This document shows positions 18,317 to 27,813 of a DNA stretch of 57,480 nt, in pieces. This DNA is from an uncultured Dehalococcoidia bacterium. GTDB taxonomy: Bacteria; Chloroflexota; Dehalococcoidia; SZUA-161; SpSt-899. The notes beneath the pieces are model-generated. The model saw only the letters and a list, made by a program, of their open reading frames with translations. It had not been told where the DNA came from and ran no database searches. The stretch covers positions 1 to 57,480 of the forward strand of contig CBFDTP010000001.1 of NCBI GenBank assembly GCA_965612975.1, in the 5' to 3' direction. The first letter of the stretch is position 1; every line of letters starts with the position of its first letter. Both the position numbers and the translations under genes were made by a program.

Positions 18317-19657
18317 ATGCCAAAGTGGATGATGAAGCCCATTGTAACCATCGTAGGGCGGCCAAACGTAGGCAAGTCCACCCTGTTTAATCGGCTGGCC
18401 GGGGTGCGCCTGGCCATCACCGATGAATTGCCCGGAACAACCAGGGATCGCCTCGCGGCGGACATCTCTTGGGCCGACCGTGAATTCACCCTGGTCGACA
18501 CCGGGGGCCTGGAGGTAAGGCCCGTCTCCGACCTGAGCCAAAAGGTCAAGGATCAGGTGGAGATGGCCATTCAGGAGGCCGAGGTCATCATCTTTTTGGT
18601 AGATGTGAAATCCGGGCTGGTCGTTCCGGATATGGAGATCGCCCATCAACTCCGGAGGTCGGGAAAGCCGGTGGTTCTGGCGGTCAACAAGTGTGATAAT
18701 CAGGAGCGCCGGGAGCAGGCGGCGGAGTTCTATCAGCTAGCGTTGGGCGAGCCGATCCCGCTCAGTGCCTATCACGGGACCGGGATCGGGGACCTCATGG
18801 CCCGGGTTGTGGCGCATCTTCCCCCCATCCGGAAGGTTCCCGAGGAGCCGGGCCTCAAGATAGCCATTGTTGGCAGACCCAACGTGGGGAAATCGATGTT
18901 GCTCAACGCCATCTTGGGGGAGCAAAGGGCCATCGTGGACGAGGCCCCCGGGACGACCCGCGATGCGATCGACACCCCTCTCAAATACAACGGGCGGTGG
19001 GTTCTACTCATCGACACCGCTGGACTCAGGAGAAGAGGTCGGATAGCCGGGATCGAGAGATACAGCGCGCTCCGGGCCTTTCGGGCTATCGGGCGGGCCG
19101 ATGTAGTGGTGCCGGTCTTAGACGCCACCGAGCTGGTAACGGCTCAGGATGCTCACGTCGCGGGCTATGCCAAGGAAGCACTGAAGGGGATCGTTCTGGT
19201 GGTCAACAAGTGGGATCTGGCTAAGAATTTGGGGTGGGATGAGGAAAGCTGCCAGCAGCTAATTCGGCGGAGGCTGCCGTTCTTGAGCTTCGCCCCCATC
19301 CTTTTCGTGTCGGCCAAGCTGGGGTGGGGGGTGGAGAAGGTGCTCCAGGCCGCCGTGGAGGTATGGGAGGTTAGGAAGAAGCAGGTCCCGTCGAACAAGC
19401 TAAGCCGATGGCTGGAGCAGGTGCTGAGTCAGCACCCGCCATCCACTGCCGGCCGGCATCTTCAGATAAAGAAGGTAGTCCAGACAGGGGTAAATCCACC
19501 CACCTTTACCTTCTGGGTGGACAGACCTGAGTGGCTTCATTTCTCCTACCAGCGCTATTTGGAGAACCGGCTGCGAGAGGATTTTGGGTTCAAGGGCACT
19601 CCGCTTGGCTTAAGGCTGGTGGCCACGAGGCGCCGGAAGGCGAGGTCCCGATGTTGA
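18317..19657 (+). CDS. der: ribosome-associated GTPase Der/EngA
   Basis: Two GTPase domains (GRPNVGKSTLFN and GRPNVGKSMLLN) plus a KH-like C-terminus. The start could be 18329 or 18332 instead. Confidence 0.95.
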   Translation: MPKWMMKPIVTIVGRPNVGKSTLFNRLAGVRLAITDELPGTTRDRLAADISWADREFTLVDTGGLEVRPVSDLSQKVKDQVEMAIQEAEVIIFLVDVKSGLVVPDMEIAHQLRRSGKPVVLAVNKCDNQERREQAAEFYQLALGEPIPLSAYHGTGIGDLMARVVAHLPPIRKVPEEPGLKIAIVGRPNVGKSMLLNAILGEQRAIVDEAPGTTRDAIDTPLKYNGRWVLLIDTAGLRRRGRIAGIERYSALRAFRAIGRADVVVPVLDATELVTAQDAHVAGYAKEALKGIVLVVNKWDLAKNLGWDEESCQQLIRRRLPFLSFAPILFVSAKLGWGVEKVLQAAVEVWEVRKKQVPSNKLSRWLEQVLSQHPPSTAGRHLQIKKVVQTGVNPPTFTFWVDRPEWLHFSYQRYLENRLREDFGFKGTPLGLRLVATRRRKARSRC

Positions 19658-20301
19658 AACTGTTGGCCATTTTGCTGCTGGGTTACTTTCTGGGCGGCAT
19701 ACCCTTTGGCCTCCTTATCGGTCGGTTGACCCGAGGCATAGATGTGCGGCGGTATGGGAGTGGTCGGATTGGCTTCGCCAACGTTTTGCGCACCTGTGGG
19801 GTTAAAGCTGGCATCCTCACTTTCACCGCCGATGTGGGCAAGGGGGTGGTGGCCGTGCTGGCGGGCCGATTCATTTTCGGCGGTGGGGTGGAGATGTTAT
19901 GGGGGATGCCGGTGGACTCCCAGGTGGCCCAGGCCGTGGCCGGGGTGGCGGCCATCATCGGTCATTGCTGGTCACCCTACATTCGCTTCGACGGGGGACG
20001 GGGAGTGGACCCCGCCCTCGGGGGCCTTTTCGCCATGGTCCCCTGGGCCGGGGCCGGTTGCCTGGCCGTCGGCTGGGCCGTCATCCTCTCCACCCGGTAT
20101 GTCTCCTTGGGCTCCATGCTGGGCACCTTCAGCTCGGTGGTTATACTCGCCCCCTTCGCAGCCCTGGGGCAGCAACCCCCTGAGTTCGTCATCTACGGAG
20201 CGCTGGCTACGGCTATCGTGGTCTTCAAGCATCGGGAGAACATCCAAAGGCTCCTCTCGGGTACGGAGCGAAGGTTGGGGGAGAAGGGGGAGCGAAGGTG
20301 A
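19651..20301 (+). CDS. plsY: glycerol-3-phosphate acyltransferase PlsY
   Basis: MLKLLAILLLGYFLGGIPFG N-terminus. ATG at 19651 overlaps the der stop. The ORF-track extension 19531-19650 lies inside der. Confidence 0.9.
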   Translation: MLKLLAILLLGYFLGGIPFGLLIGRLTRGIDVRRYGSGRIGFANVLRTCGVKAGILTFTADVGKGVVAVLAGRFIFGGGVEMLWGMPVDSQVAQAVAGVAAIIGHCWSPYIRFDGGRGVDPALGGLFAMVPWAGAGCLAVGWAVILSTRYVSLGSMLGTFSSVVILAPFAALGQQPPEFVIYGALATAIVVFKHRENIQRLLSGTERRLGEKGERR

Positions 20302-21323
20302 GAAAGATAGCCGTCATCGGCACCACTGCCTGGGGAACAACTCTGGCCACGCTGCTGGCCGCCAAGGGAATGGAGGTACGGCTCTTGGCCCGCACCGAGG
20401 CGGAGGCCGAGATTTTGAATCGAGAGCGGGAGAACAAACGACGCCTTCCCGGCGTAACCTTTCCCCCGACCCTTTGCGCCACCCCCTTCGCTTCCGAAGC
20501 GCTGTCGGGGGTGGAGCTCGTCATTCTGGCCGTCCCCTCGCAGACGATGAGACAGAATCTCCACCGGATTAAAGAGGGCCTTGAACCTTCAGCCATCATC
20601 CTCAGCGCCAGCAAGGGAATTGAGGTCAAGACTACGAAACGCATGTCCGAAGTGATAGCTGAGGAACTGGGCCAGGAATTCAAGCCCCGCATCTGTGTCC
20701 TCTCCGGGCCCAACTTCTCCCAGGAGGTGGCTCGGGGTTTGCCCACGGCTACGGTGGTGGCCTCAGAAGGAAGGGAGGTGGCCAAGAGAGTTCAGGAGGC
20801 GGTGTTCAGCCCCCGCTTCCGGGCCTACATCAACGATGATGTCATTGGGGTGGAGCTAGGGGGAGCCTTAAAGAACGTGATCGCCCTGGCCGCCGGGATA
20901 TCCGACGGCCTGGGATTCGGCGCCAACACCAAGGCGGCGCTGATTACCCGCGGGCTGGCGGAGATGACCCGCCTGGGGGTCGCCTGTGGAGCCCGTCCCC
21001 TCACCTTCTCCGGCCTCTCCGGCCTCGGAGATCTCGTGGCCACCTGCTTCAGCCAGCTTAGCCGCAACCGGTTTGTCGGGCAGGAGCTTGGGCGGGGGCG
21101 TAAGCTTCCCGAGATACTGGCCTCTCTTCACGGCATTGCCGAGGGGGTGGAGACTTCTCAGGCCTGTCTGAAACTGGCCCATCACCTCGGTGTGGAGATG
21201 CCCATCACGGAGCAGGTCTACCGGGTTCTCTTTGAGGACCTGCCTCCGAAGGAGGCGGTGCCGGCATTGATGGAACGGGAGCTCAAACACGAGCTGAGTG
21301 GGGTTTCAAAATTTATAGGCTAA
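20298..21323 (+). CDS. gpsA: NAD(P)H-dependent glycerol-3-phosphate dehydrogenase
   Basis: IAVIGTTAWGTTLA Rossmann motif and GALKNVIALAAGISDGLGFGANTKAALITRGLAEM. Confidence 0.93.
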   Translation: MRKIAVIGTTAWGTTLATLLAAKGMEVRLLARTEAEAEILNRERENKRRLPGVTFPPTLCATPFASEALSGVELVILAVPSQTMRQNLHRIKEGLEPSAIILSASKGIEVKTTKRMSEVIAEELGQEFKPRICVLSGPNFSQEVARGLPTATVVASEGREVAKRVQEAVFSPRFRAYINDDVIGVELGGALKNVIALAAGISDGLGFGANTKAALITRGLAEMTRLGVACGARPLTFSGLSGLGDLVATCFSQLSRNRFVGQELGRGRKLPEILASLHGIAEGVETSQACLKLAHHLGVEMPITEQVYRVLFEDLPPKEAVPALMERELKHELSGVSKFIG

Positions 21324-21430
21324 CAAGGCTGGACTTTTTGAGGAAGAGCGGTTAGAATGTTGTATCCTCTGTAGCGCGGGCGCGGCCGGGCCCGGAGCTT
21401 ATTTAAAACCAGGGAAGAAAGGAGGCTCGA

Positions 21431-21715
21431 ATGGCTTATTTCGTTATGTTAACTACCCTCACCGATGAGGGAAGGAAGACCATCAAGACCAACCCAGAAA
21501 GGGTTAAGGAGGTCAATAAGGAAGTTGAGGCGATGGGAGTGAAGATAGTGGCGCAGTATGCCGTCCTCGGCCCCTATGACTTCATCAACATCCTAGAGGC
21601 TCCCAGCAACGAGGTGGTGGCCAAGGTAGCCATCGAACTAGGCTCCCGGGGCACTTTGCAGACCATGACCCTGGCAGCCATGACCGTGGATGAATTCATC
21701 AGCCAGTTCAAATAG
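21431..21715 (+). CDS. GYD-domain protein
   Basis: MAYFVMLTTLTDEG...LGPYDFINILEAP is the typical GYD-family pattern. Confidence 0.8.
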   Translation: MAYFVMLTTLTDEGRKTIKTNPERVKEVNKEVEAMGVKIVAQYAVLGPYDFINILEAPSNEVVAKVAIELGSRGTLQTMTLAAMTVDEFISQFK

Positions 21716-21750
21716 GCCTCGCCAGCCCGGCCGTGCTCGATCCCATCCTT

Positions 21751-23322
21751 TTAAGGTTGACCATACTTCTCTCGAAGAACTCTTCTTAAGATCTTCCCGG
21801 TAGAGGTTTTAGGAAGTTCATCTACGAAGACCACCGAGCTTGGCCGCTTAAACCCGGCGAGCTTATCCCGGCAGAAATCAATGATCTCCTCCTCTGTGGC
21901 CTTCTCTCCCGGCTTCAGCACCACCACGGCGCGGACCTGCTGTCCCCACTCCACATCCGGAACGCCGATCACCGCCGCCTCGGCTATCTTCGGGTGGGCA
22001 TAGAGCACGTTCTCTACTTCCTCCGGGGAGATGTTCTCCCCGCCACGGATGATGAGGTCATCGGCTCGCCCAGTGATGTAGACATAGCCCTCCTCATCCA
22101 TGTAGCCGGTATCGCCGGTACGGTACCAGCCATCGGGAGTGAAGGCCTTCCTAGTCTTCTCCTCATCCTTCCAGTAACCCTTCATCACCCGAGGGCCCCG
22201 GGCCACGATCTCTCCTATCTGTCCCGGGGGAAGCACCCTCCCCTCCCCATCCCTTATCTGAATCTCCACATCATCCAGGGGACGGCCGATGGAGGAGCTC
22301 AGCCGTTTGAGCTTCTTCTCCCGCTCCTCAGGGGTTTCCTTCCCGGTGAACAGGTGATCCTCCGGACCCAAGGCACAAATGGTGGAGGCGGTCTCGGTAG
22401 CTCCAAAGGCGTTGATGAAGGATCTCCCGGGGAAGAGCTCGATGGCTCGCTTGATCACCTCGAAGGGCATGGGGGCCCCACCGTAGGTGATGACACGGAG
22501 GCTGGAGAGATCATATTTGCCAAAATCGGGGTCATCGATGATCCGCTTCAGCATGGTGGGCACCAGCATGGCCCGGGTGGCCTTTTCCCGCTGCACCGTC
22601 TCGAACCATTCCTTGGTGTCAAACTGGCGCATCAGGGCCAGCGTTCGGCCACCATAGATGCCGGCCACCAGGGCCTGCATTCCGGCCACATGGTAGAGGG
22701 GCATGCTGAGCACATTGGTCTCCGGGGGAAGCTCGGGATCCGGCGGGTTGACGTTTCCCAGCACATAGACAGCGTAGCTATTATGATCTTGAGGAACCCC
22801 CTTGGGGAGCCCGGTGGTCCCGGCGGTGAACATGAGCACTGCCACATCTTCGTCCCGTAGCTCCACGAAGGTTCTATCCTCCGGAGAGCCGGTGGCCAGG
22901 AGTTCGTCGTAGCTGAGCATTCCCTCAAACTCCCCATCTATGCTGATGAAATGCTTTATTGAGGGAAGCCGGGGCCGCATTTGATTCACCAGGTCAAAGT
23001 AGCGGCTGCCCACGAGGAAGACCTTCGCCTCAGCCGCGTTGAGCATGTGCGTCAGCTCCTCCGCCTTGGCCCGGAAGTTTAGGGGCACGAAGATGCCGCC
23101 CAGCTTGGTCACAGCGAAGCAGGCCTCCACGTATTCGTTGCAATTAACCTGCAGGATGGCCACACGGTCGCCCTTCTCCAGTCCCAGACGGCTGAGGGAG
23201 TCGGCCAGGCGATTGACCCGCTCCTTAAGTTGAGCGTAGGAGTATCGCTCCCCCTCAAAAACGATGGCCGTTCTCTCGGGAACTAGCATGGCCGAGAGAT
23301 CAAGAAACTCAGGAATCACCAT
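21751..23322 (-). CDS. AMP-forming acyl-CoA synthetase (fatty-acid--CoA ligase family)
   Basis: FTAGTTGLPKGV AMP-binding motif, YRTGD, and the C-terminal PKTSTGKILRR (A10 lysine). Confidence 0.88.
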   Translation of the reverse strand: MVIPEFLDLSAMLVPERTAIVFEGERYSYAQLKERVNRLADSLSRLGLEKGDRVAILQVNCNEYVEACFAVTKLGGIFVPLNFRAKAEELTHMLNAAEAKVFLVGSRYFDLVNQMRPRLPSIKHFISIDGEFEGMLSYDELLATGSPEDRTFVELRDEDVAVLMFTAGTTGLPKGVPQDHNSYAVYVLGNVNPPDPELPPETNVLSMPLYHVAGMQALVAGIYGGRTLALMRQFDTKEWFETVQREKATRAMLVPTMLKRIIDDPDFGKYDLSSLRVITYGGAPMPFEVIKRAIELFPGRSFINAFGATETASTICALGPEDHLFTGKETPEEREKKLKRLSSSIGRPLDDVEIQIRDGEGRVLPPGQIGEIVARGPRVMKGYWKDEEKTRKAFTPDGWYRTGDTGYMDEEGYVYITGRADDLIIRGGENISPEEVENVLYAHPKIAEAAVIGVPDVEWGQQVRAVVVLKPGEKATEEEIIDFCRDKLAGFKRPSSVVFVDELPKTSTGKILRRVLREKYGQP

Positions 23323-23358
23323 AGTCCACCTCCTGAACCTTTCTTAAACACTTCGAAC

Positions 23359-24144
23359 TTACTCGTTTAGCCCGAGCTTTTCCTTCACCCGCTGAATTAT
23401 CTGAGACATCACCTCACCAGCAGCCCGGTGGAGACAAACATCGGCTGCGCCATCCAGGTCGGTTGGGTCCCGATTGATGATTATGAGTTTGGCACCGGAC
23501 TGCAGGGCATAGCGGGGCATCAGCGCTGCCGGGTAGACCACCAGCGAGGATCCGATAACGATGCAGAGGTCACAGGAGGAAGAACGACGCTGAGCCTCGG
23601 CCGTTTCCCAGGCGGGCATGGCCTCTCCAAAGAAGATAACGTCTGGCTTAAGCAGACCGCCACACTCCGGGCAATCGGGAACTTCCACCCCCTGAGCCAG
23701 CCACTTTCGGACCTCCTCCATCAGATAACGCTTGCCACACTGCAGGCACCGGGCATATCTCATGGTGCCGTGGAGGTGGATCACCTTCTCCGGAGAGTTA
23801 CCTGCCCGCTCATGGAGTTCGTCCACGTTCTGGGTGATGACACAGTCCAGCTTGCCCAGCCCCTCCAGCTCGGCCACCGCGTAGTGGGCCGCATTTGGCT
23901 GAGCACCAAACCAGAAATCGGTTCCCAGAAGCTGCCAGTGCTTCTTCCGGGCCTCCGGGCTGGAGAGAAACTTCTGATAGGTGAAATCCTCTGGGTCATA
24001 CTTTGTCCAGATGCCGCCCGGACTTCTGAAGTCCGGAATGCCCGACTCGGTGCTTATCCCTGCCCCGGTGAAGACGACGATTCGCTGGGCGCCCACAATG
24101 AGGTCAGCAGCCCGATCAACGAGCGCTTCAATTTCCTCCGGCAT
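23359..24144 (-). CDS. cobB: NAD-dependent protein deacylase (Sir2/CobB family)
   Basis: GAGISTESGIPDFRSPGGIW, QNVDELH and Zn-ribbon CxxC...CxxC. ATG at 24144 is preceded by GGGGGA. An alternative ATG lies at 24162. Confidence 0.88.
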   Translation of the reverse strand: MPEEIEALVDRAADLIVGAQRIVVFTGAGISTESGIPDFRSPGGIWTKYDPEDFTYQKFLSSPEARKKHWQLLGTDFWFGAQPNAAHYAVAELEGLGKLDCVITQNVDELHERAGNSPEKVIHLHGTMRYARCLQCGKRYLMEEVRKWLAQGVEVPDCPECGGLLKPDVIFFGEAMPAWETAEAQRRSSSCDLCIVIGSSLVVYPAALMPRYALQSGAKLIIINRDPTDLDGAADVCLHRAAGEVMSQIIQRVKEKLGLNE

Positions 24145-24889
24145 GGATTCCCCCGCTTTCATTCTTCAGGCTGGTCTTCCACAAGAGCTGGTTGAATAAA
24201 CGACCCTCGAGCTCAAGTCCCTCGGCCAGCCGGAGATCCAGTCCCTGTGTGATGGCCCGCTTGGCCAGGCGGAGCGCCAAGGGATTCCGCGAGGCCAGCT
24301 TTCGAGCCAGCCTTTGAGCAGTTGGCAAAAGTTCCTCTCGGGGAACCACCTGATTTATCAGGCCGAGGCGCCAGGCCTCTCGGGCATCGATGAGGTCACC
24401 GGTGAGTATAAACCAGGATGCCTTTCCTACCCCCAGCAGTCTGGCGGCCAGTTGAGTGCCTCCGGCTGGGGGAATCATCCCCAAATTGATCTCCGGGAGG
24501 CCGAAGCGAGCGTCATCGGAGGCAAGGCGGATATCGCAGCACATCGCCATCTCTATTCCGGCGCCGATGGCGAAGCCGTGAATGGCAGCAATGAGGGGCT
24601 TGTCGATGTTCAGGAACGTTCTCCAGAGCTCCCGCTCCAGATGAACCTGGCGGGCGATGACCTGGGAGGGGGCGGTGCCAAACTCGGTGATATCCGCCCC
24701 GGCGGAGAAAGCCCGCTCCCCAGCCCCCTTAATTATACCCACCACTACCTCGGGGTCGTCCTGAACGGCGGGCAGGAGTTCGTAGAGTTCATCCCGCATC
24801 TTCACATTCACCGTATTGAGCTGCTTTGGGCGATTGAGGGTGATATAGGCCACCCCGTCCTCTTTCTCGTAGATGAGGGTCTCGAACAC
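24128..24889 (-). CDS. enoyl-CoA hydratase/isomerase (crotonase) family protein
   Basis: GVAYITLNRP...FSAGADI...GGTQ crotonase pattern. GTG at 24889 lies 1 nt after the stop of the upstream paralog. The ORF-track extension to 25048 overlaps that paralog. Confidence 0.85.
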   Translation of the reverse strand: MFETLIYEKEDGVAYITLNRPKQLNTVNVKMRDELYELLPAVQDDPEVVVGIIKGAGERAFSAGADITEFGTAPSQVIARQVHLERELWRTFLNIDKPLIAAIHGFAIGAGIEMAMCCDIRLASDDARFGLPEINLGMIPPAGGTQLAARLLGVGKASWFILTGDLIDAREAWRLGLINQVVPREELLPTAQRLARKLASRNPLALRLAKRAITQGLDLRLAEGLELEGRLFNQLLWKTSLKNESGGIHAGGN

Positions 24890-24890
24890 C

Positions 24891-25664
24891 CTATCTTCCC
24901 TCAAAGCGCGCCTCTCTTTTTTCGAGGAAGGCTCTGATGCCCTCGGCTCGGTCACGGGTGCTCTGGAGAATGATGTGGAGGTCGGCCTCCAGCCGCAGGC
25001 CCTGCTCCAGCGCGAGCTCCGCCCCTTTATTGATGGCCTCCTTAGCATATCTTAAGGCTATGGGACCCTTGGAGGCCAGCTTCTGGGCCAGCCTCTCGGC
25101 CTCGCTCTCCAGCTCTTCTCGTGGCACGATCCCGCTTACCAGCCCAAGACGGTGGGCCTCTTCAGCGCTGATCAGGTCACCGGTGAGAATAAGCTCAAGG
25201 GCCTTCCCCCGTCCCACAATTCGAGGCAGCCGCTGTGTTCCTCCCCCGCCGGGAATCAGCCCCTCGGGAATCTCCGGGAAGCCAAGCCTGGCCCCCTTTG
25301 CCGCCAGCCGGATGTCCCCCGCCAGGGCCAGCTCTAGTCCACCCCCCAGGGCATCCCCGTTGAGGGCCACGATCACCGGCCTGGAAAGGGAAGCTATGCT
25401 TCTTGAAGCCAAACTAGAAGGTGGGAGAAGTTCTAGCTCATCGAGGCCTCTGACGAGCTCTCCGGGCTCGTTTCCCTGGCAGAAGACTTCTCCTGCCCCG
25501 GTAAGCACCACCACCCAGATCTCATCGTCCTCGTTGATTTTCCGGCAGGCTTCTTCCAGCTCATTGGCCAGGAGGAGGTTCAGAGCATTGCCCGCCTCGG
25601 CGCGATTGAGGGTCAACCAAGCAATCCGGCCTCTTTTCTCAAAAACTAGAGTCTGATGATTCAC
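24891..25664 (-). CDS. enoyl-CoA hydratase/isomerase (crotonase) family protein
   Basis: IAWLTLNRAEAGNAL..., ALNGDALGGGLELALAGDIRLA and GGGTQRLPRIVG. Confidence 0.85.
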   Translation of the reverse strand: MNHQTLVFEKRGRIAWLTLNRAEAGNALNLLLANELEEACRKINEDDEIWVVVLTGAGEVFCQGNEPGELVRGLDELELLPPSSLASRSIASLSRPVIVALNGDALGGGLELALAGDIRLAAKGARLGFPEIPEGLIPGGGGTQRLPRIVGRGKALELILTGDLISAEEAHRLGLVSGIVPREELESEAERLAQKLASKGPIALRYAKEAINKGAELALEQGLRLEADLHIILQSTRDRAEGIRAFLEKREARFEGR

Positions 25665-25741
25665 AGAGCAATCCCCATGTCCAGCTTAAGCTTTTTCAAG
25701 TACCCTTAAGAAGCCATTAAGACACTTTCATAAGATAAGCC

Positions 25742-26224
25742 TTAAACTACCCTAGCAAAATGTTGAATCCAATCACCGACATAATGTGCCACAAGTATAA
25801 CCGCTAACGCAATGGCTAAGTGTTCTGTGACTACCACCCAAGGCTTTGTTTTCTGGCCTCTAGCAATAAGGAAGCTAAAGACACCCAATAATAGTAAACC
25901 CCAAACCACGCTTATTATAATTGCCACTGGGAGTTGGAGCAACAAAAGGGGAATAATAAATGTCGATGCGAAAACAAATTTGGACAAAAAAGTGGATATC
26001 GTTGATTCCCAAATCTCTTTTGGAGTATGTTTATTCTCCGACTCTTTAGAGATATGTATGCCTAATGCATCCGAAAACGTATCTGCTATTGCTATGGTCA
26101 ATATATCACCAATAACCACAAGCCTTGAGTGGGTGCCTGAATGTAAACCTACCATTAATCCAACTGTTGTGATTATCCCAGAGGTTAAGCCAAAGCTAAA
26201 TCCTGTCTTTAGAGAGTGCTTCAT
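25742..26224 (-). CDS. VIT1/CCC1-like membrane protein (short form), in a visibly AT-rich segment
   Basis: GFSFGLTSGIITTVGLMVGL motif and four or five TM helices. Codon usage is AT-rich compared with its neighbours. Confidence 0.55.
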   Translation of the reverse strand: MKHSLKTGFSFGLTSGIITTVGLMVGLHSGTHSRLVVIGDILTIAIADTFSDALGIHISKESENKHTPKEIWESTISTFLSKFVFASTFIIPLLLLQLPVAIIISVVWGLLLLGVFSFLIARGQKTKPWVVVTEHLAIALAVILVAHYVGDWIQHFARVV

Positions 26225-26364
26225 CGTGATGGCCTAACATTTCTTCAGAGTTTCAAATTTTAACGATTTGAGAGTGCAGTAACACTCGGACGAAACTAAG
26301 TAGCTTTCAGATTGCATCTCTCCTTGGCTACACTATTATATCAATTTCAACCGCTGGGTGGAAT

Positions 26365-27495
26365 TTGTCGAGGGGGACAAATATAATAGACTCAGTGAAG
26401 CCGATAGAGCTGGGGGAGATCAGAGTCCATCTCATCTGGTTTGATTCCTTAGGGGCCAAGTCAAGTTCGGTGCTCCTGGAAACGCCGGAGGTGAGAATAC
26501 TGCTCGACCCAGGGGCGGCTGAGATGCAGCCCAGCTACCCTCTCCTCCCGGCTCAGAAGAAGGCCTTAAGGGAAGAAGCCCTGGAAGCCATTAAAAAGGC
26601 CGCTCGAGGTGCTGAAGTGGTCTTCATCTCCCACTATCACTACGACCACCATACCCTTCCCCAGGAGGCCCCCGAGATCTACTGTGACAAAGTGCTTTGG
26701 ATAAAGGACCCCAATCGCTGGATCAATCGCTCCCAGTGGAATCGCTCCCGACTCTTCGCCGAGCAACTCCTGGAGGTACTTGAGGGGAAAAAGCTCGAGT
26801 ATGCTTCTCCGGAGGAGGAGCACTTTGAGGACCCGCTCAAACAACTTCCCCTGGCCTCAGCCAAGGACTTCAGGGATTATCAGCAGCGGAAGAAGGAGCT
26901 GCTGAAAAAAGGCCGAGCCTGGCTTAGGGATCTCATGGCCCTCTGGAGGCGTGAGCCCTGGGTTCCTCAGCTCACCCTGGGCAGTAAGGAGATTCTCTTC
27001 GCCGATGGGCGGAGCTTCCACCTGGGGGAGACCAGCATCCGCATAACTCCGCCGCTTTTCCATGGGGCGGAGTATGACCGGGTGGGGTGGGTCGTTGGAC
27101 TGGTGCTGGAGCGCCGGGGAAAGAAGGTGGTCTATGCCCCCGACCTTCAGGGGCCGATAATTGAGGATTATGCCCAGTGGCTCATCCGGGAAAACCCCGA
27201 TCTGCTCATCCTGGATGGCCCTCCTACTTACCTCCTGGGCTATATGCTGAACCTGATAAACCTCGGCCGGGTGATAGAGAATATTTCCTCCATCCTTCGG
27301 AACACGGAGACCAGAATTATAATTTACGATCATCATCTTCTTCGGGAGGCGAGGTACCGGGAACATCTGGCCCGAGCCTACCAGGTGGCCAAGGACGAAG
27401 GCAAAGACCTGCTCACGGCAGCCGAATGGCTGGGAGAAGAACCGCTCATAGACAGGCTGACGGGAAAATGCTCGAGTACACCCATACCCCGCTAG
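26365..27495 (+). CDS. UPF0282-like metallo-beta-lactamase-fold protein (mostly an archaeal family)
   Basis: FDSLGAKSSSVLLETPEVRILLDPG...VVFISHYHYDHH. The start codon is uncertain (TTG 26365 or GTG 26395). Confidence 0.55.
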   Translation: MSRGTNIIDSVKPIELGEIRVHLIWFDSLGAKSSSVLLETPEVRILLDPGAAEMQPSYPLLPAQKKALREEALEAIKKAARGAEVVFISHYHYDHHTLPQEAPEIYCDKVLWIKDPNRWINRSQWNRSRLFAEQLLEVLEGKKLEYASPEEEHFEDPLKQLPLASAKDFRDYQQRKKELLKKGRAWLRDLMALWRREPWVPQLTLGSKEILFADGRSFHLGETSIRITPPLFHGAEYDRVGWVVGLVLERRGKKVVYAPDLQGPIIEDYAQWLIRENPDLLILDGPPTYLLGYMLNLINLGRVIENISSILRNTETRIIIYDHHLLREARYREHLARAYQVAKDEGKDLLTAAEWLGEEPLIDRLTGKCSSTPIPR

Positions 27496-27797
27496 GTGAG
27501 GAAGTAAGAGCGCTCGCCGGTTCGTACTGGAAAACGGAGGAGGGGCGGTTGGCCTTCCGGGGGAGAGAGGTCCTGTATTTGATTGGGAGCACGAGCGAAA
27601 TTTGTGGCTGTTGTGGGTCTTGCCCTTCCTTCCAGTACATCAAGGTTCCCGGATATATAAAGAACTGGCAATGTCGCATAAACGAAAGGGGCCTTCCCGT
27701 CTCCATGGTGGAGCCCATCCGCAGCGTGGAGGAGCAGAGGGAAATAGCACGAATCCTCCAGGAGAAATACCAGCTCTCGCAGGTCGAATTCTGGTAG
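27468..27797 (+). CDS. hypothetical 109-aa protein with a CGCCGSC cysteine cluster
   Basis: ATG at 27468 overlaps the end of the preceding gene by 28 nt. Coding-like composition. No family recognised. Confidence 0.5.
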   Translation: MLEYTHTPLGEEVRALAGSYWKTEEGRLAFRGREVLYLIGSTSEICGCCGSCPSFQYIKVPGYIKNWQCRINERGLPVSMVEPIRSVEEQREIARILQEKYQLSQVEFW

Positions 27798-27813
27798 AGG
27801 ATAGGAGGTTTGA

